Notes: generated from the letters alone by a model not told the origin. 64,000 nucleotides of DNA from Patescibacteria group bacterium (GCA_041645555.1 JBAZPX010000002.1:8958-72957); one strand, 5' to 3'. Shown: positions 17,372 through 26,684, counted from the first letter of the stretch. Numbers and translations: made by a program.

Positions 17372-20290
17372 ATGCAAAATATACGATTAAATAAAAAAAT
17401 AATTTTAGTCGCCATTATTTTTGCCTTTGGCTTGACCATAGCCGGTCCGAATAAGGTGGAAGCCGCTTTTGGCCTTGATCCCAGTTTTAAGCAGGTAAAA
17501 ACAGCCGATAGCACAGCGGTTTATTATTTAGACCACGGGCGCGGGTTTAAAAAGGCCTACGTTAATGCTAAGGCCTTTTTAGCCTATGGCAATAAATGGG
17601 AAGACGTAAAAATAGTCAGCCAAGCCGATCTTGATAAATGGCTGGAAATGCAATTAGTAAAGGAAAAGGATAATCCGGCTGTTTATTATATTAAAAACGG
17701 GAAGAAAGTTTTAATTGAATCAACCAGGGATTTTGCTAATCTGGGTTTTAAATTGGAGGATATCGTTAATTTAGATAAAACTGATTTAGAACAATACGCG
17801 TCCTCAACTTATGAAGATGTTAAGTTAATTGTTTATAAATTGGTTGACTATGAGTTAGTGAAAACGAAGGCGAGTTCGGCGGTTTATTATATTAAAAATA
17901 AGCTCAAGACGCCGATCAAATCGGCCGGGGATTTTATTAAACTTGGTTTTAAATGGGATGATATTAATCTAGTCGAGGAAGATGATTTAAACGATTTGGC
18001 TGCTGGCAGCTATGGAGAGGTTGGTTTGGATGCGGGTTTGACTTCGGCTACAAGCAGTCTGGCTGTTTCTTTGGGTTCGGATAGCCCCAAAAGCGGCGGC
18101 AGTCTGCCCCTTTCTTCTACCAATAATTTGCTGGCGATTTTCGATTTAAAATCAGAAGCCGGGCAGTTAGAGGTGAGCCGTTTAGATTTTACTTTAAAAG
18201 GAGTATTTTCTGAAGAAGTCTTAGCTAATATTTATTTAAGTTACGAAAATAAAGTTGATTTGGGGGTTGTCCCGGCGATAAACAAAAAGATCGTTAGTTT
18301 TAATTTTGGAGATAAACCTATTATTATCAGCCCGGCGGAAACAAAAAAAATTTATTTTTGGGTTGATTTAAATAGTTGTTTGGATTGTGCAAACCATAAT
18401 TTGCAGATTGCCATTAGCCAAGCTTCTGATATTAGTTCTAGCGGCGTAATCAGCGGTAATTTCCCAGTAACGAGTAGCTCTCTAAATTTAGTCAACGCTT
18501 CGCGCGTTTTAGGCCAGGTTAAAATCGAAGAGCTTACGGTCGGTGGAGCTAACCAGCAGGCGATTATTGGCGAGCCAGAACAGATTCTAGGCAAATTCAA
18601 AATAAGCGAAGTTTCCGGGAATGAAGATATTTTGGTAGATAGTTTGACAGTTAGACTCCAGGGTTCGGCTTTGTCTAGATATTTTTTTAGTTTGGCCCTG
18701 GAAGATGGAAAAGGGAAAATCGTCGCTCAAGCTAATTCAATCGGCGAAGATGGGCAAGTTTTGTTTAGTCTTGCTAACTATAAAATTAAAAAAAGTTCGG
18801 AAGAAATATTTACGGTGTCAGCTAGCCTTAATGAAGGCGATGGCCGGAATCTTAATCTGGCTGTAGCTAAGGCTAGTATCGTCGGTTCAGCCAATAATTT
18901 TGGGCTCAAAGTTAGTTATTTAAATATAGAAGAAAATATAGGTATCGTCAGGAAGAACCTGGGGGTGGTGGCTAAAAAATTAGAAGCCAACAAGAAAGTT
19001 TTTACTGAAAAAACCGGCACTATTATCGGCGTATTTGAAATTAGAAACGGCAACCAAAAGATTTATCTAGATAGTTTTGATTTAAGTTTAGTGAAGAGTT
19101 CCGGCGCGGCTAGTTTGGATAAGGAAATTTATATGGTGGATTATGATACTGGTGAAATTTTAGGCCAGGCGAGCGGTCAGGCTTTAGCGAGTGGCCGAGT
19201 AAATATTAATATTCCCGATAAGGTGCTTGAGCCCAAGAAGAGTTTAACCTTAGCTTTTATAACTACAATGCCAATAAAATTGCAGGACGGCTATACCTAT
19301 CAGCTGGTTCTTAATAAAGTAAATCACCGGACTGAAAACAATATTTTTTTAGCTAACGCGATTGACGTTAATGGAGAAATTTTTAAAGTTATTTTGTCTA
19401 AAGTCTCAATCTATCCCAACGATAGTCTTACCGGGAAAATTTACGCGAAAGGTCAAACCAAGGTCGTGGTCGCCAGTTTTTATCTGGAATCTTCAGCCGG
19501 AGATGATACTGCCATAACCGGCCTGTCTATTAACAAAGGCAGCGCCGGCGCCGGTCTTACTTATGATAACGGTTTTTCTAATTTAAAAGTTTATCTTGGC
19601 AGCAAGAGAATTACTACTATCGCCCAGCCGGATAAGAGCGCTTATAGTTTCGAGGATTTTTCTTATAAGTTGCCGGCTGGGAAAAGAATAGAGGTAAAAG
19701 TTTATGTTGACACAATTAAGGATTTAAAAATAGATAAAGCCGACCTGCAAATTACCGGTTTAACGGCGCGGGGTTATAGTTCGGGCATAGATACCGAAGT
19801 CTCCGGTTTAAATGTTGCCAGCCCCGCCGTTTCTTTTATCGAAGCCAAAACGCGGGTTGAAGCTACGGCGGCCGGCCGGATAATTATAAATAAAAAGGAC
19901 AACATCGCCGCCAGCTTTAAAATAACCAATAACGGCGGAGAGGCCTTAAAGTTAGATTATTTAACGATTAATTCTTCCGGCAGCGGGTTTTCTAACGGCG
20001 CCGGCTATAGCAATTTAAGGGTCGGGAAAGCTTCTGACGGCAAAAGCATCAGCGGCAAAATTTCTAAACCAGTAACCGGCAGCAATCGGATTAAGTTGAA
20101 TTCCTATGTTTTAGAGCCAAGCCAAGAATTGCTTGTTAATATTTACGTTGATACCAGCGCTACCGTCTCTGCCGGCAATTTCAGCGTTTATTTAAGTAAT
20201 CTTGAGGCTTCGGGGAAAACTTCAAAAGTAGCGGCGAGTATAAGCGGTTTGCCGACCGCGGAGTTAAACATTACGGTAGTGGCGAATTAA
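17372..20290 (+). CDS. large secreted/surface protein with N-terminal triple repeat and tandem beta-sandwich-like modules
   Basis: Signal peptide. Three ~45-aa repeats (AVYYIKNGKK..I.S..DF..LGFK.EDI..V...DL..Y), then repeated ~110-aa modules. Confidence 0.8.
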   Translation: MQNIRLNKKIILVAIIFAFGLTIAGPNKVEAAFGLDPSFKQVKTADSTAVYYLDHGRGFKKAYVNAKAFLAYGNKWEDVKIVSQADLDKWLEMQLVKEKDNPAVYYIKNGKKVLIESTRDFANLGFKLEDIVNLDKTDLEQYASSTYEDVKLIVYKLVDYELVKTKASSAVYYIKNKLKTPIKSAGDFIKLGFKWDDINLVEEDDLNDLAAGSYGEVGLDAGLTSATSSLAVSLGSDSPKSGGSLPLSSTNNLLAIFDLKSEAGQLEVSRLDFTLKGVFSEEVLANIYLSYENKVDLGVVPAINKKIVSFNFGDKPIIISPAETKKIYFWVDLNSCLDCANHNLQIAISQASDISSSGVISGNFPVTSSSLNLVNASRVLGQVKIEELTVGGANQQAIIGEPEQILGKFKISEVSGNEDILVDSLTVRLQGSALSRYFFSLALEDGKGKIVAQANSIGEDGQVLFSLANYKIKKSSEEIFTVSASLNEGDGRNLNLAVAKASIVGSANNFGLKVSYLNIEENIGIVRKNLGVVAKKLEANKKVFTEKTGTIIGVFEIRNGNQKIYLDSFDLSLVKSSGAASLDKEIYMVDYDTGEILGQASGQALASGRVNINIPDKVLEPKKSLTLAFITTMPIKLQDGYTYQLVLNKVNHRTENNIFLANAIDVNGEIFKVILSKVSIYPNDSLTGKIYAKGQTKVVVASFYLESSAGDDTAITGLSINKGSAGAGLTYDNGFSNLKVYLGSKRITTIAQPDKSAYSFEDFSYKLPAGKRIEVKVYVDTIKDLKIDKADLQITGLTARGYSSGIDTEVSGLNVASPAVSFIEAKTRVEATAAGRIIINKKDNIAASFKITNNGGEALKLDYLTINSSGSGFSNGAGYSNLRVGKASDGKSISGKISKPVTGSNRIKLNSYVLEPSQELLVNIYVDTSATVSAGNFSVYLSNLEASGKTSKVAASISGLPTAELNITVVAN

Positions 20291-20316
20291 AGCTTAATTT
20301 TTCAGATAATACCAGG

Positions 20317-20349
20317 GTGCGGGGGAAGTTAAATCCCCGCACTTTTTTT
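20317..20349 (+). terminator. intrinsic terminator
   Basis: GTGCGGGG/CCCCGCAC 8-bp stem followed by TTTTTTT. Confidence 0.8.
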
Positions 20350-20459
20350 GTCCAAAATTTAATATTAAGGTAAAATAAAGATAGCTCATTAATTTTGCTC
20401 CTTATTTCTCCATAATTTTTTATTGGCAAAAAATTCAAGCAAAAATAAGGAGAGAAAAG

Positions 20460-20762
20460 ATGTGTGGATTATGCGGATTATGTTTAGGGACATTTTTCGG
20501 CCTGCTTGTTTGGGGATTTTTTACCCTTATTTCTGATTTTACCTTCTGCCCTTTTTTGGGGCTTATGTCGGGCATAGCGGTGGGCATAACTTTCGTGGAG
20601 GCGAGAAATAAAAAGGAGGTCGTTTGCTGGATGTTAGGGGCAGTAGTCGGCATGATAGCGGTTATTTTTGGTGCCATCTTGTTTTTACCTTTTACTGTAA
20701 GTTTCACTATTGGGGCAATCATTACCGTAGTCGTGGCCATAATTCTAGGGGCGAAACTATAA
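20460..20762 (+). CDS. small hydrophobic membrane protein
   Basis: AAGGAG Shine-Dalgarno upstream, three hydrophobic segments, hairpin downstream. The overlapping minus-strand ORF lacks such signals. Confidence 0.55.
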   Translation: MCGLCGLCLGTFFGLLVWGFFTLISDFTFCPFLGLMSGIAVGITFVEARNKKEVVCWMLGAVVGMIAVIFGAILFLPFTVSFTIGAIITVVVAIILGAKL

Positions 20763-20796
20763 GGTTAGGTTGAAATTCGAAACCTAGCCTTTTTTC

Positions 20797-20949
20797 TTGC
20801 CGAAAATTAAATATTTAGGTAAAATGGAAATAGAGATATGAACCCCGTTAGAAGTTTTATTTGGGAAAGATAAAGACGGGGATATTCAAAAAAACATTAT
20901 GTTTCAACAAACAACATCAAATGCGGATAAAGCAACTTTTAACGGGGTG
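20797..20949 (+). promoter_or_regulatory. cysS leader: promoter, 11-codon uORF ([11 protein letters not shown]) and long-range inverted repeat
   Basis: TTGCCG-17-TAAAAT promoter. uORF 20838-20873. ACCCCGTTAGAA (20842-20853) pairs with TTTTAACGGGGT (20937-20948), or alternatively with ACGGGG (20876-20881). Confidence 0.4.
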
Positions 20950-22341
20950 AACAAATTATTTTTATACAATACACTCACTAGGAAAAAGGAAGAATTCAAA
21001 CCGATAAAGAAGGGCAAAGTCGGCTTATATACCTGCGGACCGACGGTTTATAATTTTGCCCATATCGGCAATCTGCGCACTTATTTGTTTGAAGATATCT
21101 TGAAGCGCGTTTTGTTTTTTAACGGCTATGAAGTTAAGCATGTTATGAATATCACTGACGTCGGGCATTTAACCGGCGACCGCGATATGGGCGAAGATAA
21201 GCTGGAAAAAGGCGCCGCCAGAGAGGGGAAAACCGCCTGGGAAATAGCGAAGTTTTACACAAAAGCGTTCAAAGAAGATTTGGATAAACTAAATATAATT
21301 CAGGATGATATTATCTGGCTGAAAGCTACGGAAACCATTCCGGAGCAAATAGAATTAATAAAAAAGCTGGAAAAGAAAGGTTATACCTACAAAATTAGCG
21401 ATGGGATATATTTTGACACTTCGAAATTTAAAGATTATACAAAATTATCCCATCAGCCGTTAGCGGCTTTGCAAGAAGGGGCCAGGGTTGAAAAAAATCT
21501 GGAGAAAAAAAATTCAACTGATTTCGCTTTATGGAAATTCTCGCCCAATCCGCCAGCTGGCGGAGAAAAAAGGCAAATGGAATGGGAATCTCCCTGGGGC
21601 ATCGGCTTTCCCGGCTGGCATTTAGAATGTTCGGTTATGAGTATGAAAGGATTGGGAGACCAGCTTGATATCCATTGCGGCGGGATTGACCATATTAATA
21701 TCCACCATACGAATGAAATCGCCCAATCCGAAGCGGCCACTGGCAAAAAGTTCTTTAATTATTGGCTGCACGGAGAATTTTTAAATATTTCCGGGGGCGA
21801 GAAAATGGCGAAAAGCCAGGAAAATTTTTTAACTTTAGAAAACGCCTTAATTAAAAAGGGGATAAACCCTTTAGTTTATCGATTTGCGGTTTTACAAACC
21901 CACTACAGAAAACCGATGGAGTATAGCGAGAAAACGATAAAAAATGCGGAAAATGGTCTAGAACATCTTTATAATCAAATCAGGGAATTGGGTGATAAAA
22001 AGGGAAAGATAGACGCCGGTTTCAAGAGCAAATTTTTAGCGGCCATAAACGATGATTTAAACATGCCGCAAGCCCTGGCCGTGATCCAGGAATTATTAAA
22101 ATCAGATTTGCCGAAATTGGAAAAATTAGCAACAGCTTTGGATTTTGACAGGATGTTAGGTTTAAATTTAGGCGTAAAAGAGGAGAAAATTCCGGCGGAA
22201 GTGGAGGAATTAAAAAAACAAAGAGAAACCGCCAGGCGAGAAAAAAACTGGAAAGAATCAGACAAACTGCGCGATAAAATAGAAAGCTTAGGTTATATAG
22301 TTGAAGACACTAAAGAAGGATCAAGGGTCTTCAAAAAGTAG
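20899..22341 (+). CDS. cysS: cysteine--tRNA ligase
   Basis: HIGNLRTY and KMAKS class I motifs; WHLECS. The true start may be the in-frame GTG at 20947 ([16 protein letters not shown]). Confidence 0.95.
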   Translation: MFQQTTSNADKATFNGVNKLFLYNTLTRKKEEFKPIKKGKVGLYTCGPTVYNFAHIGNLRTYLFEDILKRVLFFNGYEVKHVMNITDVGHLTGDRDMGEDKLEKGAAREGKTAWEIAKFYTKAFKEDLDKLNIIQDDIIWLKATETIPEQIELIKKLEKKGYTYKISDGIYFDTSKFKDYTKLSHQPLAALQEGARVEKNLEKKNSTDFALWKFSPNPPAGGEKRQMEWESPWGIGFPGWHLECSVMSMKGLGDQLDIHCGGIDHINIHHTNEIAQSEAATGKKFFNYWLHGEFLNISGGEKMAKSQENFLTLENALIKKGINPLVYRFAVLQTHYRKPMEYSEKTIKNAENGLEHLYNQIRELGDKKGKIDAGFKSKFLAAINDDLNMPQALAVIQELLKSDLPKLEKLATALDFDRMLGLNLGVKEEKIPAEVEELKKQRETARREKNWKESDKLRDKIESLGYIVEDTKEGSRVFKK

Positions 22342-22344
22342 TTG

Positions 22345-22610
22345 CACCTTTCGTGAAAGGAGGAAACTTGGCTAGGTTCATTGGGCGTCCAAACCATTTA
22401 CTTTGGAGGGCGAGAATGTTTCGAACAAGAGCTTTTTTATGCGCTTTGTACAGGGCGGCTTTCGCTGCCGCCAAGACCGAGGCCGGGGGAAGGAGGTGAT
22501 CCTAGTATTGCCTCCTGTCAGCCCCGGCTGCCAACCAAATCTAAGCCAGATTTGACCAGGAGACAATAGTTTCGCGAGCCGGGTGTCTTATTTTTGATGC
22601 CCGGCTTTTG
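22345..22610 (+). ncRNA. candidate structured RNA or structured cysS 3' UTR (unassigned family)
   Basis: GC-enriched, with no credible ORF and at least six hairpins. Ends in the terminator AGCCGGG..CCCGGCT-TTTT (22577-22610). Contains AAGGAGGTGATCC (22490-22502). Confidence 0.35.
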
Positions 22611-22674
22611 TTATAAAAACGCTTCGCTAGGATCTGCTTATTTTCGTATGGTAGTTATTTTATTTAGAATTCGT

Positions 22675-22793
22675 TATAATAGTATATTATGGACCCCGTT
22701 AGAAATCTTACTAGAAATAAATGGATAAAAAATATTAAAAAATAAATTAATATATTATTATGGAAAAAGAGAGTAACGAAATTTCTAACGGGG
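22675..22793 (+). promoter_or_regulatory. dus leader: TATAAT box, 18-codon uORF (MDPVRNLTRNKWIKNIKK) and 13-bp perfect long-range inverted repeat
   Basis: TATAAT at 22675-22680. uORF 22689-22745. CCCCGTTAGAAAT (22694-22706) versus ATTTCTAACGGGG (22781-22793). Confidence 0.4.
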
Positions 22794-23854
22794 CGAGGAA
22801 TTTTTGGTTAAAACTAAAAAAACCGATTTACGCCCTGGCGCCAATGGCCGGGATCACGGATTCGGCTTTTAGGCAGATTTGTAAAGACTTCGGGGCAGAC
22901 GTAGTTTATTCGGAAATGGCTTCGGCCACCGCTTTAGTTTATAACCCGGCCAAAACCCTGGAAATGCTTAAATTTAGCCCGAAGGAGCGGCCTTATGTTG
23001 TCCAGTTATTCGGTTCTAATCCTGAGCATTTTTCTAAAGCCGTGAAGTTGATTGAAAAAAAAATAAAACCGGACGGGATTGATATAAATTTTGGCTGTCC
23101 GGTGCCGAAAGTCGCTCGCCAGAAAGCTGGGGCAGAATTATTCAAAGATTTAAAATTATCCCGTGAGATTTTAAAAACCGTTATTGCCAATACCACTTTG
23201 CCGGTTTCGATTAAAACAAGGGCAAAAGTCGGGGCAATTGATATTTTAGAGTTTTTAAAAAATGTTTCTGATTTAGATATAAAAGCGATTATGATTCATG
23301 GCCGGACTTTCTCCCAGGGTTTTTCCGGACCGGTTGACTGCGAGATTATAAAAAAAGCCCGCCAATTTTTTAACGGGATAATTCTAGCTAACGGCGGGGT
23401 AGGTTTAAACCTCACCCCCGCCCCCTCTCCTAAACAGGAGAGGGGAGTTAAAGATTATTGCGATTGGCTGTTAGACAAAACTGGTGCTGATGGCGTTGGT
23501 ATTGGCCAGGGGGCGTTGGGAAGGCCGTGGATTTTTGAAGAAATCAAAACCTCACCCTCCGCCTCGGCAAGCCTTCGGCCCGCTTCGCCAAAGCTCCAGC
23601 GAGGCGAGCGAGACGGGCCGACCCCTCTCCTAATTAGGAGAGGGGAGAAAGGGGAGAGGTATATATTTAAAATTATTTTAAAGCATGCCGAGCTGGCTTA
23701 TAAATTAAAGGGCAGGTGGGGGATAATAGAGATGCGGAAGCATTTATGCTGGTATATTCAGGGCTTGCCCGGAGCCAGGAAATTGAGGGAAGAGTTGGTA
23801 AAAGTAGAAAGTTTAGATGAAATTAAAAAAATCTTTGCAAAAGGCAAAGATTAG
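22760..23854 (+). CDS. dus: tRNA-dihydrouridine synthase
   Basis: LAPMAGITD, DINFGCP, HGRT, GADGVGIGQGALGRPWIF motifs. Carries two GC-rich in-frame inserts. Confidence 0.9.
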   Translation: MEKESNEISNGARNFWLKLKKPIYALAPMAGITDSAFRQICKDFGADVVYSEMASATALVYNPAKTLEMLKFSPKERPYVVQLFGSNPEHFSKAVKLIEKKIKPDGIDINFGCPVPKVARQKAGAELFKDLKLSREILKTVIANTTLPVSIKTRAKVGAIDILEFLKNVSDLDIKAIMIHGRTFSQGFSGPVDCEIIKKARQFFNGIILANGGVGLNLTPAPSPKQERGVKDYCDWLLDKTGADGVGIGQGALGRPWIFEEIKTSPSASASLRPASPKLQRGERDGPTPLLIRRGEKGERYIFKIILKHAELAYKLKGRWGIIEMRKHLCWYIQGLPGARKLREELVKVESLDEIKKIFAKGKD

Positions 23855-23940
23855 ATTTAGGAATTAAGATTTAAGAATATAAATAGCAAGGAGACTCATA
23901 ATTCGTAATTCTTAATTCATAAATCTTAAATCCGCATTCG

Positions 23941-24909
23941 TTAGAGCCATTTTTTCTTTTCAAAAAATAAAAGCATCCCTAAGCTGCAGATCAGCATGAT
24001 GGCAATAATAATCCAAAAACCGTTTTCAACCCCTGCGAAAGGCATGCCGTTTATAGTATTCATGCCAAAAATCGCGGCCAGTAAAGTCAGGGGGAAAACA
24101 ATTACGGAAAAAATAGTTAAAGTTTTCATGATGTCGCTAATTTGGTAATTGAGCAGGGACTCATTAGTGGCATGCAAAGCTTCAATCATTTCTTTCTGGT
24201 TTTCCAGGAATTCCCAAATTCTTTTTGAATGCTCAACCAGCCGGTAATAATATTTTTTTATTTCTTTTTCCGGCACCAAACTGCTTTTCATCTCCGTTAG
24301 GCCTTTTAGAATGTTTTTGTGATTCTGCATGATTTTGCGAAGATTAATTATATTGCGCTTCAGGGAAAGAATTTGCGAAACGGCTTCTTTCTGATTTTGG
24401 GAAAAAATAATTTTTTCCGCCCGTTCAATAGCGATGCTGTTTTGGTCCAGAAGGGAATAACAGGAGAGCATTAATTTCTCCAGTAATTCATAGAGAAGAA
24501 TAGCCGAGGATTCAAACTTATAAGTTAGAAGAGAATTATCCTCTTTCCGGCAGAGATTGAAAAAATTATTCAGGGCGGCAAGGTTATTGTTATGCAGGGT
24601 GATTAAATAGCCATGGCCGACAAAAAAATCGATTTCTCCGGCGTCGATACCGCCATCAGCCAGAACCGGAAAATGGAGGATTAAGAATAAGTAGTCTTTG
24701 CCCGGCTCAGCCATTGGCCTCTGCGCCGTTGATTTCGCCAAGGAAGCCTGCAGATGTTTTAAATCAAAATCATATTTTTTCCGCAAGAATTCCACTTCTT
24801 GTTTGCCGGCATCAGCGATATTTAACCAAATTAGTTTTTTATCCGTTGTTTTAGGGCTGTCAATGGCTACTTGTTCGATGTTTTTTGAAATTTTTTTATA
24901 GTTAGGCAT
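23941..24909 (-). CDS. corA: CorA family magnesium/cobalt transporter
   Basis: GMN motif (FGMNTINGMP) before two C-terminal TM helices. Confidence 0.9.
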   Translation of the reverse strand: MPNYKKISKNIEQVAIDSPKTTDKKLIWLNIADAGKQEVEFLRKKYDFDLKHLQASLAKSTAQRPMAEPGKDYLFLILHFPVLADGGIDAGEIDFFVGHGYLITLHNNNLAALNNFFNLCRKEDNSLLTYKFESSAILLYELLEKLMLSCYSLLDQNSIAIERAEKIIFSQNQKEAVSQILSLKRNIINLRKIMQNHKNILKGLTEMKSSLVPEKEIKKYYYRLVEHSKRIWEFLENQKEMIEALHATNESLLNYQISDIMKTLTIFSVIVFPLTLLAAIFGMNTINGMPFAGVENGFWIIIAIMLICSLGMLLFFEKKKWL

Positions 24910-25096
24910 ATTTTATGAGACTGTGGATAAATAATTGTTAATTCTATTATAACATAGATTTGCCCCATTAGAAATAATGTCTCGCTGGAATTTATAAGTA
25001 GGGGTATATGTTTTGAGAAATTAAAGTATTATGCTATAATAAGATTGTTCTTAAGGGAGGCTTCCCAAAGGACTATTTATAATTAAAAATAAACGT

Positions 25097-26029
25097 ATGT
25101 TTGAAAAATTTATCCATTTTATTAAGTACAACAATGCCGTGGTCTTAATTATCGCCCTGGTCCTCGTTCTTGGCACAAGCGCTTTGGCTTCGGATGCCGG
25201 TCAAGCGGCTATTGGCCAAAAGCAGACTACCGTAGAGGGGGTGGACAATACCTTGCTCCTGGCGGCTAATTTGGATAATTTTGATATGGATTATAAGGTG
25301 GAAAAGATAGAGGAAGACGAGGGAATGTATTATGTTACCTATACCTATTTGGATTTGGTAAATGAAAATAACGCCTGGCAGTACCAGCTAAAAGAAAATA
25401 CCCGCCGCATTTCTAAAGAAAGCGCGGGGGATTTAGGCGTTTATCTGGCTGGGGAATTAAAGGAAGAATATGATGCCAGAATTAAAGAATTAAAACAGGC
25501 GCAAGCCGAGGCCCAAACTAGCGGGGAAGGAAAGAGAGTGGCAGTGACAGAATACAGCGGTTTAATCGGCGCCAGCCTGGACTTAGCCGCTAAGGTTTTC
25601 CCGGGTTATGAACCGGTAAAAACAGAAGAGCTAGAATCGCCGGTGATGGGAGAGTCATTGCGCCAGCTGCAAAACGGGGAAGTGAATACGGCTGCTTCCG
25701 GCCCAGATAATCTAACCCAGGTTTATCAAAACTATGTAGAGGAAAACGACCCGGATGCTGATAATGTTTTTGGCGCTAGCGACAATTGCCCGGCGATTTC
25801 TAATTCGGACCAGGCGGACAGCGATAGCGACGGCATCGGCGATGTTTGCGAAACCGAAGAAGCGGTAGCCGGCGCGGCAGAAGAAGCCGGTACGCCAGCC
25901 GCCGATGAGCAAACCGTAGAAGTAATTGAACTGCCGGCGGAAGAGGAAGTAGAAAATACTGAACCAGCGGCAGAAGAAGAAACTGCGGCAGCCAGGGAAA
26001 CAACACCAGCCGAAACTCCGGCAGAGTAA
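25097..26029 (+). CDS. membrane-anchored acidic protein with a thrombospondin type-3-like calcium-binding repeat
   Basis: N-terminal TM. DNCPAISNSDQADSDSDGIGDVCE matches DNCPxxxNxDQxDxDxDGxGDxC. Glu/Ala/Pro-rich tail. Confidence 0.65.
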   Translation: MFEKFIHFIKYNNAVVLIIALVLVLGTSALASDAGQAAIGQKQTTVEGVDNTLLLAANLDNFDMDYKVEKIEEDEGMYYVTYTYLDLVNENNAWQYQLKENTRRISKESAGDLGVYLAGELKEEYDARIKELKQAQAEAQTSGEGKRVAVTEYSGLIGASLDLAAKVFPGYEPVKTEELESPVMGESLRQLQNGEVNTAASGPDNLTQVYQNYVEENDPDADNVFGASDNCPAISNSDQADSDSDGIGDVCETEEAVAGAAEEAGTPAADEQTVEVIELPAEEEVENTEPAAEEETAAARETTPAETPAE

Positions 26030-26064
26030 AAAAACAGGATGATAAATTAAAAATTATTGGATTT

Positions 26065-26610
26065 ATGCCCAACGATTTTCGACAGACCGTAAATTTAAAG
26101 GAAAAACCTAAATTTAAGGCCAATTCCAGCCGGGCGGAAGGGATTGATAATGTTTTTAATGATTCCGGAGAAGAGTTCAGTAGAATTAACCGGCCAAAAG
26201 AAAGGAAAGTTAACGAATCCTTAGCCAGGCGATTGGCCGCAGTCTTTGCCCTCATAGCGGTTCTTGTGGCCGTTTATTTTTTGTTTTTAAGGAAAAGCGG
26301 AGGCGAAGAAAATATGGTGAAGGCCGGAAATTGGTATGCGGTAAAATTGGTTGATGAAGAAATTTTTTACGGCCAAATTAAGGATACGGCCGCGGATCCG
26401 GTTATTATCGAAAATGTTTATTATAATTACGACCAGCAAAAAAGCGTCCAGGCCGTTCCGGAAAACGGTAATTTGCGCTTAGTAAAAAGGGGAGAGGAAA
26501 CTCACGGTCCGGACGGGACTATGAATATCGTCCGTTCCCAGGTTTTATATATGGAACCCCTGAAAAAGGACTCAAAAGTTTTAGAAGCGATTTTAAATTA
26601 TGAAAAATAA
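26065..26610 (+). CDS. hypothetical single-pass membrane protein
   Basis: Long ORF with a central TM helix. No recognisable family. Confidence 0.55.
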   Translation: MPNDFRQTVNLKEKPKFKANSSRAEGIDNVFNDSGEEFSRINRPKERKVNESLARRLAAVFALIAVLVAVYFLFLRKSGGEENMVKAGNWYAVKLVDEEIFYGQIKDTAADPVIIENVYYNYDQQKSVQAVPENGNLRLVKRGEETHGPDGTMNIVRSQVLYMEPLKKDSKVLEAILNYEK

Positions 26611-26684
26611 ACTCCTACGAATTACGAATTTGTTACGAATATACAAATTGCGGGCGGAATAGTTTGTTGCGAGTTTTAAATATT

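Noticed and set aside
22345-22610. Possible RNase P RNA (AAAGGAGGAAACTTGGCT after a hairpin resembles the GAGGAAAGUCCGGGC CR-I block), SRP RNA or 6S RNA.
   Set aside because: The region is too short. It lacks the CR-II/III blocks (GUGAAA..GGUAAGAGC), and the candidate P4 partner AGCCGGG pairs perfectly as the terminator stem. No GGAA-tetraloop helix-8 motif of SRP RNA fits. It is kept only as an unassigned structured-RNA candidate.
24963-25005. Possible third copy of the CCCCGTTAGAAAT / ATTTCTAACGGGG leader arms (CCCCATTAGAAAT ... ATAAGTAGGGG) between corA and gene 25097.
   Set aside because: The partner arm matches poorly, the spacing is only about 20 nt, and there is no MxPVR uORF. It is probably a chance resemblance.
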